DNA from: Malacoraja senta
Taxonomy: Eukaryota
Assembly (NCBI GenBank): GCA_038087875.1
Contig: CM075990.1
Location: 15,378,001 to 15,442,000 of the forward strand
Direction: 5' to 3'
Length of the DNA stretch: 64,000 bases
Shown here: positions 34,621 to 48,183 of the stretch, one piece after another
Position numbering within the stretch: the first letter of the stretch is position 1
How the letters are laid out: the number at the start of each line of letters is the position of its first letter
The notes under the pieces: generated by a model
What the model was told of the DNA's origin: nothing
What the model saw: only the letters and a program-made list of their open reading frames with translations
Databases searched by the model: none
Made by a program: the position numbers and the translations under genes

Positions 34621-35841
34621 ATCCAGACCTGAGAGTGAAGAAGGGTCTCGACCCAAAACACCACCTATCTCCAGCATTTTGTGTCTTATCTATGGGGTAA
34701 ACCAGCATCTGCAGTTCTTTTCTACACGTGATATGGACGGTGGTGACTTTACGACTGCTGTCTTTTCACTGGTGTTCAGTGCTTGCTCCATGTTAACACA
34801 GGGTTTGTGATGTACATCTCCCCGCTCTGTACTTGCTTCCAGAATATACAAGAATAAATCTGAATGATCCATCTGCTTTTGTTAGTTTAGCAGACCTTGG
34901 AGCTCCTTCAAATCTTTTACTTAATGCTTTTAAAATTAAATAAAGGATTTATTTATTTTCGCCGAGGATTTATTGTGCTGATCTCTGAAATGAAATAAAA
35001 GACAAGACCTTGTTAGTCTTTGCAGACAGCCCTCACTTTGTCTGTCAAGTTCCTTTGGAGCTCTGTAGAATTCACAATAATTGCACCAGGTGGCATTTTT
35101 CCAGACATCGGGGGAAGGTTTTAAATCCTTGAGGCTGGAGTGTGTTAGATTTGACAGGATGTCCTTTTGTCTTCCAAAGACTGTAATGGCTCTGCATTAA
35201 TCTAAGCCATTTATTATTTTAAGTTCCAAATTGTAATCCCTCATGCCCTTCATTAAGATGCAAAGAAAGCAATTTTCAGTCCATGGCCTGATTTCCCCAG
35301 GAGAGCGAAAGCTGGAAAACATCACAGACAAGCTCTGATGTGCAACTTATTCAGACTCATCATGTATATCTCCCTATGTGTGGAAAGGCAATACAACCAT
35401 ATTTGCCATGCCATGAATGGAGCTATTTTGTATTTAAAATTACCATTAATCAAGGGATAATTTGCAGCAAAGACATTGGTTTAACCATTGGGGACTTCAA
35501 TTTACAGGCAGACTTGAGTGAAGAAAATCAGCCAAAGTTGCTTGGAGAAAGTTCACACAAGTGGTTTGGGATGGTGATACATCATGGAGCCATCTAGGGA
35601 TCGGTCTATTTTAGAACTTGTCTTGTGAAATGAGGCAGGATTAATCAGAAGCCACGTTGTGTAGGGACCTTCTGTGGAAATGTGCTCATCCCATGACATA
35701 ATTTGCAGAGAGTTTGGGAGTGACACATTTAAGTCGAAAATGAGAGCTTTGAATCAAAAGCAAATGCAAGGAATGAGCCAGCTTGAGCTGGAAAATGAGA
35801 TTAAAAGAGGATTTTAGATTGATTTTAAATGGGAAAATATC

Positions 35842-36630
35842 GGGACGGCACGGTGGCGCAGCGGTAGAGTTGCCACTTTACAGCGCCAGACACCCGGGTT
35901 TGATCCTCACTACGGGTGCTGTCTGTTCGGAGTTTGTACGTTCTCCCCGTGACCTGCGTGGGTTTTCTCCGGGATCTCTGGTTTCTTCCCATATTCCAAA
36001 GATGTGCAAGTTTGTAGGTTAATTGGCTTGGTATAAATGCTGACCGGTTGCATCGTGGCTTGGTTCGGCAACTTGAGAGCCCAGGAGAGGAAAAGACTAC
36101 AAAAAGTAGTAAACACTGCCCAGTCCATCATCGGCTCTGACCTCCCTTCCATCGAGGGGATCTACCACAGTCGCTGCCTCAAAAAGGCTGGCAGCATCAT
36201 CAAGGACCCACACCATCCTGGCCACACACTCATCTCCCTACTACCTTCAGGTAGAAGGTACAGGAGCCTGAAGACTGCAACGACCAGGTTCAAGAACAGC
36301 TACTTCCCCACAGCCATCAGGCTATTAAACCTGGCTCGGACATAACACTGAACTTTACTAGCCATACTGTTATTTGCACTTTATCAGTATATTGACCATT
36401 GTGTATATATTTATAGAATGCCTTGTTGTAAATGCCTACTATGTTCTGTTGTGCTCAAGCAAAGCAAGAATTTCATTGTCCTACCACGGACACATGACAA
36501 TAAACTCACTTGACTTGACTAATTGTAAATTGTCCCTAGTGTGTGTAGGATAGTGTTAGTGTGCGGGGATCGCTGGTTGGCATTGATTCGGTGGGCCGAA
36601 GGGCCTGTTTCCACGCTGTATCTCCAATCT
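35842..36630 (+). mobile_element. V-SINE split by a Rex1/Babar fragment
   Basis: SINE head and V domain at 35842-36036; SINE tail resumes at about 36520. Confidence 0.85.
36037..36520 (+). mobile_element. Rex1/Babar LINE 3' fragment
   Basis: LTGCIVAWFGN...LQKVV..AQSIIG...IIKDPHHPGH...LPSGRRYRS...RFKNSYFPTAIRLLN; (CTTGA)n tail. Confidence 0.92.
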
Positions 36631-36758
36631 AATCTAATAATCTAATTTTTTTTAAAGAAATACTACATAATATATATAATATATTCCTGAAGAAGGGTCT
36701 CGAACCGAAACGTCACCCAATCTTTCTCTTCAAAGATGCTGCCCGTGCTGCAGAGTTA

Positions 36759-36987
36759 AGGACTTGTCCCACTTAGGTGATTTTTTTAGGTGACTGCCAG
36801 CGACTAGGACAATGGAATTCACCAAAGTCAGCATCAGCAACATCCTACGTCACCTGGCGACAACCTGCATTAACCTGGCGACAACCTACGACAGCCCAAA
36901 TTGTTGCCGAAAATTTTTCAACATGTTGAAATTTTTTTGGTAGTCGCCTGTAGTCGCCTAAAAAATTGTGTAAGTGGGACAGGCCCA
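36759..36987. mobile_element. PIF/Harbinger-type MITE inserted in a Penelope pLTR unit
   Basis: TIR aggacttgtcccactta / taagtgggacaggccca; the host gagTTActccagc is split. Confidence 0.8.
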
Positions 36988-38651
36988 ATACTCCAGCATT
37001 TTGTGTCTACCTTTACTTTACTATAATTATTCCATTGCAAAATATACATTATCAGGGAACGGCTGATCCATCGTATCTACTTACAGGTGATAAGATGAAA
37101 CAAAGAAAAATATAATAAATATATATATACATAGAAACACCAAACCTGCACATTGTTGGAAAACAGCGAAGGATAATTTTAAAAAAGGGGAACTGATAGA
37201 ATGGAACGTTAGCAAGAGGTGTGACTGGTTGGACATTATGTCTTTTCAAGGCAAAATATAATTGGCTTTAGGACACGAAGGAATCAGGACAAATAGGGAT
37301 TGGATGGAAAGGTGTATTAGAGAGATGGTGTGAACATAATAGCGCACTGAACAGTACAACATAGGAATAGGCCCTTCAGCCCACAATGTCAGGGCCAACA
37401 ATGATTGCAAGATCAACGTAACTCAGCTGCCTGCGTGCGATCCACATCCCTCCATTCCCTGCATATCCATGTGCCTATCTAAAAGACTCTTCACAGCCAC
37501 TATTGTGCCTGCCTCCACCACCATCCTTGGCAGCACATTGTACCACTCTCTATGTCAAAAACAACTTGCCTCGCCCATCCATCCTCTCACCTTTACGACT
37601 GCATCTTGCCCTTACAATTTTCCTTGTTTTATTCTGTGAGCAAGAACTATATTCCATTTTGTTTTATTACCCTTCTAGCCCATGCGAAAAGTCGTTTTAA
37701 TTGATCGCTTCTCTGGGAAAACATCTTTTTTTCTACCAAGAATGTCGGCAAGTATAACACGCTCGTGTTTAAGTGGATGAACAAACCATTACGCACCGCA
37801 AATAGAATGGCCATGGCAACTCGAAAGGGCAAATAGAGGCTGCCATGTGTTCAATCCTAAGCAAACAGAATCTCTTTCAATGGCTTATTAAAGAACGTGA
37901 CAAGATCAAACCCTATATGCTCATATGTAAACCTGGTCCCAGTAAAATTAAGTTTATAGTGGTACCTTATTTAATTAGATTTCATAATTCATACGGTAAG
38001 AATAAACAACGTAATTCCTTGTGTTATATTTCAATATCCAAAGGCAGGGAAGGTCAATATACTAATTATATTATTTTTGTCTGCAATTATTGAGAAAATA
38101 ATTATGCAAACCTGCTCATTTGTCCCCACGTAATGATGACTGAAGAGATGCCGACTCCAGGAGTAGACGCACTTTACTACCCAGAGATGGTAGATGAGAT
38201 TTTACAGCTCCAGCAATTGTAAAGAGACAGAAGTACTCCTGATATACACATGCTTCCAATTTGTATTAAGTGTGAACATTGGAGCCTGGTTTTCTCTGTA
38301 GCATTCAGTTTGGGGAGAATGAATAATAGGATTAATGTAGGATTAGTATCAATTGATGGTTGGAATGGAGCCGGTGAGTCAGTGGACCTGGTTCTGTGCC
38401 CTATCACTCCATGACTTTATGACATCCAACACCATCTTCCAGCCTTACAAACCTATGTCTACATTTCTGTTCTCCTTGGCAGACCCCAGTTCCTCCTGAC
38501 TCTCAGTCTGATGAAGGGTCTCGACCCAACCCATCACCTATTCCTGTTCTCCAGAGATGCTGCCTTTCCTACTGAGTTACTCTAGCATTTTGCATCTATC
38601 CTCTGTGGATACCTTTGTCTTCAGCTGGCCAGATCCCATCCTGTGAAATTG

Positions 38652-38930
38652 TGAATGAATGAATGAATGAATGAATGAATGAATGAATACTTTATTGTTA
38701 CACGTGACGTCACAGTGAAATTCTTTGTTTTCCGTACCCAAGGTATGCAAAGAGTCACCACATAAAGAGCGCTGCCGCCATTACAAAGTGTCCCGTGCCA
38801 TGTCCTCCTTTGTTCTTCCCCCCTCCCCTTCCCCCTCCCTCCTAGTGGTTCCTCTACATTGGGTCCTCCTTTGTTCTCTCCCCCCCCCCCACCCCCACCC
38901 CTCACGGCGGTCCCCCTACGCCGGCTCCAA
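38652..38930 (-). mobile_element. Non-coding retroposon with Rex1-like tail and (ATTC)n
   Basis: Minus strand gaatttcactgtgacgtcacgtgtaacaataaagt(attc)n. Confidence 0.6.
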
Positions 38931-39706
38931 TACTTCCCTTTCCTATTCCTTTCTTAATTAAAGCATACTTATTTTGACCAAACCTTTGATCACCCATCCA
39001 TCTGTGGCTCAGCGTCAAATTTTGTCTGAAAACATTCTCTCGCAACACACCTTGGCACATTTTCTCTGCACGAAAGCCGCAAGTGGTGGTGGAAGTGTTC
39101 TGTGGCCAGCTTCGAGGCACCTAATTCCCGATCACCTGCCCAATGCTTCTGCTGCCTCCCCATCCAACACGCGTTTTGATGGCCAGCAGAACAATTCCAT
39201 TCTCGTTCCCCTGATGTGTGAGTTGTTTAAGTATCTTTGCAAACAGTGACACGATGTGGTATCACACAACTACTCTCAATACGCCAGTCTTAACAGATAT
39301 TTTGCAGTTTTGGCACCAATTCCTCAATCTCTCCTCTGCCATCAATCTCTTGCAAGGTATTTTTGCCAAATACCTGTTGCAAGTTGTTACGTATTTATTG
39401 GATCGCTCCCATCATAAAGTTTAGACGCATTTCCAAAAAAGATAGTCAATTTGTACATTTAATCCTTTCTTATATATACTGGCTTTCATTTATAGGATTT
39501 ATTTTCTCGAGGCATTTCTTACAATATTATGTAATGGTGTTGAATATTATTTTTCTACAATTGTTGGCATGTTAAATCATTTCCAAGATTGCTTGGAAAT
39601 TTGCTGATTTTGGAGGGACTAATGCAGCATCTGCATGCATGCATTGGGGCAATGCATAACCAGTGCTGTTATGTTAAGGAATGATTACTAATTTGAATCA
39701 CCATAG

Positions 39707-40015
39707 GGGCAGCACAGTGGTGCAGCTGTTAGAGTTGCTACCTCACAGCACCAGAGACCCGGGTTCGATCCTGACCTCGGGTGCTTTCTGAGTGGAGTTT
39801 GCATGCCCTCCCTGTGAACTCGTGAATGTGTTGCTCCGGATTTTTCCCACATCCCAAAGACGAGTGGGTTTGCAGGCTAATTGGCCTCTATAAATTGCCC
39901 CTAGTGTGCAAGGAGTAGACGAGAAAATGAGGTAACATAGCAATTTGTGTAAACGGGTCGGTATGGACTTGGCGGGGCTGAAGAGCCTGTTTCAATGTTG
40001 TATCTCTAAACTGAA
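39707..40015 (+). mobile_element. HE1-type V-SINE
   Basis: A box-like head, GGTTCGATCC, V domain, CR1-like tail. Confidence 0.88.
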
Positions 40016-40714
40016 CACATTGCTGAATCTTTAACAAACCTCATTGGACTGCCTCCGAAGCCTGAGAAGAGAGCGCAAATGGCGTCTCTGAATGAGCAAG
40101 AGATCAATAATAAAAACAGTAAAGAAGTTTAGTGGGACCATTCTTCAGTCCACGAACAAAATGAATGGGGCATCAGGGATTGTGTAGTGAAGACAATTAT
40201 TAAAGAAGGAGACGGCACGGAGGGAGAACATTCTGTACAACAGTTACTTTGCTATTGATTTTTCTTCTGTGAATTTCCCTTCATGAAAACTGTCCCTTAC
40301 CCTGACTCATGCTAGGCTCTCAAACCAAAACATTTCTTCATACTCTTTGCCAAATCTGTCAAAATTATTATTTCTATACATAATTCCCAGTTTTCTCTCC
40401 TAAATGATATTCTGGTCATCTTCAGTCAACATTCTAATTTCAAATGTTTCGTGTAGTTGTACATCATGCTTTTATTTACCTCCACACTTTGGAATAGGAT
40501 TGCCTGATCTCGTTCCCCAGTGCCTCAAATGATTCTTCTGGAAAATGTATTTAGCTGCGTTTTAAACCAGCTCACCAATTGATCTAACTCTTCTGCTGTT
40601 GCAATCACTTGCTCATATGTCATGGAGGATTCAGCAGTTGTATTAATTGGAGATGTTCTCCGGTGTTTGGTTTGGAATAATTTTCATATGATGTCTTTGT
40701 GTAGATTAAATTGA

Positions 40715-41000
40715 AAGATGCAGCATGGAATCGGATTCTTTCGGCCCACTGAGTCCACATCCACCATCGATTATCCATTCACACTGGTTCCGTGTTATCC
40801 CACTTTCACCTCCACTCTCTGCACACCAGGGGCAATTTATAGAGGCCAATTAACCTACAAACCCACACATCTTTGGGATGCGGGAAGAAACCGGAGCACG
40901 GAGAGGAAACCCATACCGTCTCAGAGAGAATGTGCAAACTTCACCCCAGGTCAGGATCGAACCCAGATCTCTGGTGCTGTGAGGCAGCAGCAATAACAGT
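40715..41000 (-). mobile_element. HE1-type V-SINE
   Basis: aggatcgaaccc and V-domain complement. Confidence 0.85.
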
Positions 41001-42397
41001 TGCATCATTGTGCTCCAGTCATGTTCTGTATAGGCCAATGATGGGGACTTCAGTGGAGGCTGGTAAGGATACTTCAACACTCGATCCTGTGGTCACTATG
41101 CTATTGCAGCAAACTCCGTGGACATGTTAGGTGTTGCAGATTGATTTGGCCTGCTGTCTGGAAAAACTGTCAAACACTACCTATCTTGAAAAGACATGGC
41201 CCCTCTTGGCACCAGCTGCAAACAGCAAATACTTCTATATGGGATCAACCTGCAACTTATTATGGAACACAAGCTGTTTCTCCTTAGATGCTCTTAGATT
41301 CTGCCATTTCCTACTTCCTACTTCATTGTGATATTGAAATCTGATCTTTTCAATATGTACGACATTCCAATTTTAAATATTCAGATCTAACATAACAAAG
41401 GGCTTGGCTCCACTAATAAAGGAGTTATATCAAAATCCTTCCATCATCTATAGGCAAAGCACTGGTATTCTCAACGCATCTCACCTCTTCCCTATTAAAG
41501 CAGACGTTAGATATTTCTTTGACCAGGCGTTGGTTCCATATTATAATCTCTCTAGCTCTGTAGCATATTTTGTTTGTGATTCTCCCTTGAGGTATCTTGG
41601 AAGCTTACACTAAAAGCATTATATTCATCCATTTTAGTTGCTCTGATCTGCTCAGTGGCCTTTGGTCTACATCAGTTGATGTTGCTTGTGGTTACAATTG
41701 CTGCACTACTTTTGGCAATGGTACGCATTAACCAATTCTGGTTTGGATTTTGCTTAGTCCAGAACATTTGTACATGCTTGCGTTCTAGTCTAAAATATTT
41801 TGCTGTTAAGAATTGCATTTACTGTCAGATGTTGTCTTAGCAATGCTTCTTCATCATCTCTCTATCACTTACATTAAATGTTTTTGTTTGTGTGTAGGAA
41901 GGATCTGCAGATGCTGGTTACACACCGAAGATAGACACAAAATGCTGGAGTAACTCAGCGGGACGGGCAGCATCTCTGGATGATGTTTCTGGTCTGCAGA
42001 AGGGTCTCGACCCCAAACATCACCCATTCCTTTTCTCCAAAGATGCCACCTGACCCGCTGAGTTACTCCAAATGTTTTTTTTGTCAATTGTTAAGTTCCT
42101 AATTTTGCCTAATGCTACTAATTTTCCTTTCTGAGAAGGATCCCAGTCTTGAAACTTTAATCGTTTTCTCTCTCTGCCTGGCCTGCTGTATTTTTTTTAA
42201 AGCGATTTCTGTTTCTCCTTCAGATTTTTCCTGTGCATTAAGCCAAACAATAATTTTCCACATTTACAGATGTGAAATCCAGATCTCCTGTTAAATCTTA
42301 CGCCTCATTGATTTCAGAATCTTGCTTTGTGAGTCCATTCATGCCCATGGTTTATCTACCTCTGTGGCAGATGTGACTATTGATTCAGATGGGCAAA

Positions 42398-43080
42398 ACA
42401 GGTACAGCAGGCAGTGAAGAAAGCGAATGGCATGTTGGCCTTTATAACAAGAGGAGTCGAGTATAGGAGCAAAGAGGTCCTTCTGCAGTTGTACAGGGCC
42501 CTAGTGAGATCACACCTGGAGTATTGTGTGCAGTTTTGGTCCCCTAATTTGAGGAAGGACATTCTTGCTATTGAGGGAGCGCAGCGTAGGTTTACAAGGT
42601 TAATTCCCGGGATGGCGGGACTGTCATATGCTGAGAGAATGGAGCGGCTGGGCTTGTACACTCTGGAGTTTAGAAGGATAAGAGGGGATCTTATTGAAAC
42701 ATATAAGATTGTTAAGGGTTTGGACACGCTAGAGGCAGGAAACATGTTCCCGATGTTGGGGGAGTACAGAACCAGGTGCCACAGTTTAAGAATAAGGGGT
42801 AAGCCATTTAGAACGGAGACGAGGAAACACTTTTTCTCACAGAGGGTTGTGAGTCTGTGGAATTCTCTGCCTCAGAGGGCGGTGGAGGCTGGTTCTCTGG
42901 ATACTTTCAAGAGGGAGCTAGATAGGGCTCTTAAAGATAGCGGAGTCAGGGGATATGGGGAGAAGGCAGGATCGGGGTACTGATTGTGGATGATCAGCCA
43001 TGATCACATTGAATGGCGGTGCTGGCTCAAAGGGCCCAATGGCCTACTCCTGCACCTATTGTCTATTGTCTATTGTCTAT
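42398..43080 (+). mobile_element. CR1 LINE 3' fragment with open ORF2 C-terminus
   Basis: 189-aa frame KKANGMLAFITRG...[11 protein letters not shown]...WNSLPQ; (TATTGTC)n tail; very similar to 23810-24460. Confidence 0.95.
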
Positions 43081-44144
43081 ACACCCATTAGATACAAAAC
43101 ATGACTTGTTTCTGCTAACTATCAATTTGCTAGGGATTGTTGAACTCATTGAATTGGTATCAAAGTTGTGATTTGTTGGACATTGGTGTATGGGCAAACA
43201 GAAAAATGCAGATGCTGGTTAATACAGAGAAAGACACAAAGTGCATGAGTCTTCTTCTTACATATGGCGTGCACAGCCTAAAGTTGTAGGACAACTTGTT
43301 CCATTTGATCTGATTTGATTGTGCACGCCACGTTGATTGCATTCGTTGAAACAGGGTGGACCACGTGAAGGTTGCAATCTCCCACCCCCAAGTGCAGGAG
43401 TAACTCAGGCAGCATCTCTGGAGAATGTGGTATTACAGTATTGAACGGTTTAAACTGCAGCTACGATTCCACATCTGCTGCAATAGCCTAGTTGATCAGA
43501 ATTAAAATTTGAGAAGTCTCGTGTAATGTAATGTGTCTTAAAGCTTACGGGAGGCAAGCCTTGCGCCGACCTCCTTTGAATTCCAGCACCATGCATGTCC
43601 ATCCATCACAGGTCAGTGTAAGTGCCTCTCAGTAATTTGACGCTGTCCAACTCATGTTCTGGTTTAGTCCAAATTGCAGCTTAAACATTTGAGAGATCAA
43701 GTTTAATTCTGATCCTTTCATCTGATCTGATCTGACCTGAATCCCCAGTGTAAATGGATAATGAGCTACCTTACTGTCCGAGGCCCGGCTTCTCTACTTG
43801 TCCGATTCGTTCACTTTAGTAACCCAGCTCTACACCTCAGCCCAACCCCTCCCCTCTTTCTGTATCTTCCCCTACAGCTCTGGCGTAAACGCATTGAGAT
43901 TTCTTGGCCAGAGCAACCACATCATTGAAGGGAAGCTCGAATTCTTTCAAGTTAAAAACTTGTTAATTAGAATCACGTTGTTGTCATTTCCACTCAGAAA
44001 TATACTTGTTTGGAAAAAGTATTACAGGGCCTTTTTTAAACGTCCTTTCTGGAATTCTAAGACCAATGGTTTGTCCAGATAACACTGTTCTCTAAAGTTT
44101 TGTGATTGCCCATGTCTACACTATCAACTTAGTTAGGAAATTAG

Positions 44145-44730
44145 GTGGTACAGGGCTCTGGTGAGACCACATCTGGAGTATTGTGTACAGTTTTGGTCTC
44201 CTAATTTGAGGAAGGACATCCTTGTGAATGAGGCAGTGGAGCGTAGGTTCACGAGATTGATCCCTGGGATGGCGGGACTGTCATATGAGGAAAGATTGAA
44301 AAGATTAGGCTTGTATTCACTGGAGTTTAGAAGGATGAGGGGGGATCTTCTAGAAACATATAGAATTATAAAAGGACTGGACAAGCTAGATGCAGGAAAA
44401 TGTTCCCAATGTTGGGCGAGTCCAGAACCAGGGGCCACAGTCTTAGAATAAAGGGGAGGCCATTTAAGACTGAGGTGAGTAAAAAACTTTTTCATCCAGA
44501 GAGTTGTGAATTAGTGGAATTCCCTGCCACAGAGGGCAGTGGAGGCCAAATCACTGGATGGATTTAAGAGAGAATTAGATAGAGCTCTAGGGGCTGGTGG
44601 AAGGAAGGGATATGGGGAGAAGGCAGGCACGGGTTATTGATTGGGGACGATCAGCCATGATCACAATGAATGGCGATGCTGCCTCGAAGGGCCGAATGGC
44701 CTCCTCCTGCACCTATTTTCTATGTTCCTA
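44145..44730 (+). mobile_element. CR1 LINE 3' fragment
   Basis: [18 protein letters not shown]...[11 protein letters not shown]. Confidence 0.92.
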
Positions 44731-44801
44731 TGAAAATAAAATATAACCATGCTAATTTACAACCTCTAAGAACAAGTGCTGCACATTTGCCGTGCACTCA
44801 C

Positions 44802-44873
44802 CTATTTTTCCCCCTCGCTCATTCTCGTCTAAAGTCTTCAGGGGTCCGATAGCCTCATCACATGGACAAGTAA
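44802..44873 (-). CDS. Possible internal exon (72 nt, phase 1 to 1)
   Basis: Acceptor cttattacag, perfect donor AG|gtgagt; single open frame xTCPCDEAIGPLKTLDENERGGKI. Confidence 0.3.
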
Positions 44874-45092
44874 CTGTAATAAGTGGGTGGGATCTACCAG
44901 TGGTTGAGAGACCATAGAGCTGATTTTAAATGGAGCTCTCAATCCTTTGACTAAGATTATCAGTGCTACAGATGGATGGATAACGTACATGACTTGGTCA
45001 CCATACATTTGGAGACTTTGTTTGACTAATTAACCTCCAAATTACTTTAGATACCCCCCCCCCACCTGAACACACAATCGCACAGAGAGAGA

Positions 45093-45714
<622 letters not shown>

Positions 45715-45795
45715 AACAGACTCAGATAGAAAATTCCAAGGTGCAAAGTCTTCGGGAAAAGTCTCAACACAAAAAGTTGGCAGATGCAAGTTCAC

Positions 45796-46002
45796 CTTCA
45801 TCCTTGTTTCATGTTTGGACCTCAACACCACACGATAGTAGAGCTGAATGGTCCGAGCAGAATCCAAACTAAGTACCAGTACGCAGGTGAATATGTTGTC
45901 TTTGAGCACAATGTTGACCACCATTTTGTTGATGATTGAGAGCAGGCTGTTGGCACAGTAGCTCGTTGGATCAGACTTCCCTTGGATAGGATATGCGTGA
46001 GC
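45796..46002 (-). CDS. Candidate internal coding exon (207 nt, phase 0 to 0)
   Basis: Acceptor ctttctggtttgtgtctgaccag, donor AAG|gtgaac; the other two frames are closed; coding-like codon usage. AHAYPIQGKSDPTSYCANSLLSIINKMVVNIVLKDNIFTCVLVLSLDSARTIQLYYRVVLRSKHETRMK. Confidence 0.55.
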
Positions 46003-46349
46003 CTGGTCAGACACAAACCAGAAAGTCCAGATCCCAAAAAGTCATCTGTCAGTCTGAAGAAGGGTCCCGACCCAAATGCATGGTCTGTACATTCCCTCCA
46101 CAAATGCTGCCTGACCCACTAAGTTCCTCCAGAACTTTGTTTTTTGTACAACCCTTTGTTATATTAGAGCAATTTGGTTAGAAACATGGCTTTATTCAGG
46201 AGCACGTCTTTGAACTCAGGGCATTGTTGCAGCTCACATAGCCTTTGCGCTCAGTTCTCCTGTTTCTACTGGGAACAGGAACTTAAAATTGGACCTTGGG
46301 AGATCATAAGGGCATGAAAGTCCAATACTGACCTAAATTAACCAAATGG

Positions 46350-46840
46350 TTTTAGTTTTAGTTTTAGTTTAGTTTAGAGATACAGCACGGAAACAGGCCC
46401 TTCAGCCCACCAATCTGTGCTGACCAGCGATCCTTGTACATCAACACTATCCTACACACACTAGAGACAATTTACATTTATACCAAGCCAATTAACCTAC
46501 AAACCTAAGTGTGGGAGGAAACCGAAGATCTCAGAGAAAACCCACGGGGAGAACGTACAGACTCCACACAAGCAGCACCCGGTGGTCAGGATCGAACCCA
46601 GATCTCTGGTGCTGTAAGGCAGCAACTCTACTGCTGCGCCACCGTGCCACCCTACATGATTCATTGACAATTTACAATTTTACCAAAGCCAATTAATCAA
46701 CCAACAAACCCGTACGTCTATGGAGAGCAGGAAGAAACCGGAGCACCCGGAGAAAACCCACGCTGTCGCAGGGAGAACTTACAAACTCTGTACAGACAGC
46801 ACCCGTAGTCAGGATCGAACCCGTATATCTGGCGCTGTGA
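46350..46840 (-). mobile_element. Two tandem V-SINEs; the second continues at 48285-48315
   Basis: Two aggatcgaaccc boxes; SINE head sequence ggcgctg...ggcagcaac is split by the Harbinger element. Confidence 0.85.
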
Positions 46841-47576
46841 AGCCCCTGTCCCACTTTCACGACCTAATTCACGACCTCTGCCGAGTTTGCCCTTGACTCA
46901 TACTCGCAGCATGGTCGTCACGAGGTCATAGGAGGCCGTAGGTAGGTCGAAGCAGGCCGTGATGCTAGTCGTAGGTAGTCGTGGCATCAAGTAGGTCGTG
47001 GCATTTTTTCCAACCTGATAAAAAATGTCCACGAGTAAAAAAAAGGTCGGCTTGGAAAAAAATCGATACTTTTCACTCTTAGGTAGGTCGTAGGGTGGTC
47101 ATAGTAGGTCGTGATGCTAGTCGTACGTAGTCGTAGGTGATCGGAGGCATTCGAAGGTAATAGCTCTGGGGTGAAAAAAGGTCAGTAGAAAAAAAAGGTT
47201 ATTTAAACAGCAGAACGTCACCTGTGTCACTCCAAGGCACGTTCATTCATAGCTGGAGAGTTTTTTGGAGAGGAGACTTGTGTTTTAGAGTTGGCACCAA
47301 AAAGGCAGCAGCGCAGGGGGAGGGCACAACCCTAAAAAAAGCCGGCCATGCAGGTGTTGCCCACCCAAGAGGAGGAGTGGCAGGAGGTGATGGTGCAGGA
47401 GGAGGTAGCCCTGCATGAGAGACCCCTGGAGGAGGAGACCAGGGTGGTAGTATATGTCCACACCACCTTCACTGCCTCATTTGAAGGCAGCAAAGCAGCC
47501 TTCACAGTCTCCTGTGTCTGACACAGCATCAGAGGCAGATGCCCCATTGGTGGTGAGGGAGGGCTGGAGGAAGGTT

Positions 47577-47673
47577 ATGCCCTACACCTTCACCAGGCAG
47601 CAGGAGGGGGACCTTGAGGAATGGTGCCATCCTGTACGAAAAGGAAAATGAGGGGTACAGGGACAGGGACAAG
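47577..47673 (+). pseudogene. Harbinger Myb/MADF-like DNA-binding gene remnant
   Basis: MPYTFTRQQEGDLEEW / frameshift / AILYEKENEGYRDRDK resembles a MADF N-terminus. Confidence 0.6.
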
Positions 47674-47910
47674 TATGGCATGCTTGCCATCCACTGCCCC
47701 ACATGTGTGCTTAAAGTTCCATCTTTTGTCAAAGCCCAGCGCCACTCTCTTCCAGTCATCTGGCGTACTGGGACAGTCCATCACATCCTCTCCATTCACC
47801 CATTGAGACATCTTCTTGTGCTTCCTCTTCACCCTTGCTCTTCCCCTTCCGCCTTTCTTAAAAGGCTGCTGAAGCAAAAGGGCTACTGCAAACAGCAGTA
47901 AAACGTACAT
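47674..47910 (-). pseudogene. Harbinger DDE transposase remnant
   Basis: CPSTPDDWKRVALGFDKRWNFKHTCGAVDGKH matches the Harbinger W-N-F...G-A-x-D-G-K-H first catalytic Asp block. Confidence 0.85.
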
Positions 47911-47919
47911 GGTCGAAGC

Positions 47920-48183
47920 CAGTCTTCAACATAGTTGAAGGAGGTCTACTTCATTATCGTGGGAGGTCTTCAACATAGTCGTGGGAGGTCTTCAACATGG
48001 TCGTGGGAGGTCTTCAACATGGTCGTGGGAGGTCTTCAACATGGTCATGGGAGGTCTTCAACATAGTCGTGGGAGGTCTTCAACATAGTCGTGGGAGGTC
48101 TTCAACATGGTCGTGGGAGGTCTTCAACATAGTCGTGGGAGGTCTTCAACATAGTCGTAGGAGGCTGTAGACATAGTCGTGGA
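47920..48183. repeat. 22-bp subterminal tandem repeat
   Basis: Nine near-perfect aggtcttcaacat(a/g)gtcgtggg units at 47964-48161 plus degenerate flanking units. Confidence 0.95.

Noticed and set aside
43878..43928. Plus-strand acceptor followed by LWRKRIEISWPEQPHH*
   Set aside because: Strong pyrimidine tract, but no partner exon or recognisable protein; unsupported without transcripts.
47920..48183. CRISPR-like regular repeat array
   Set aside because: Units are directly adjacent with no unique spacers, there are no cas genes, and it lies inside a eukaryotic Harbinger transposon.
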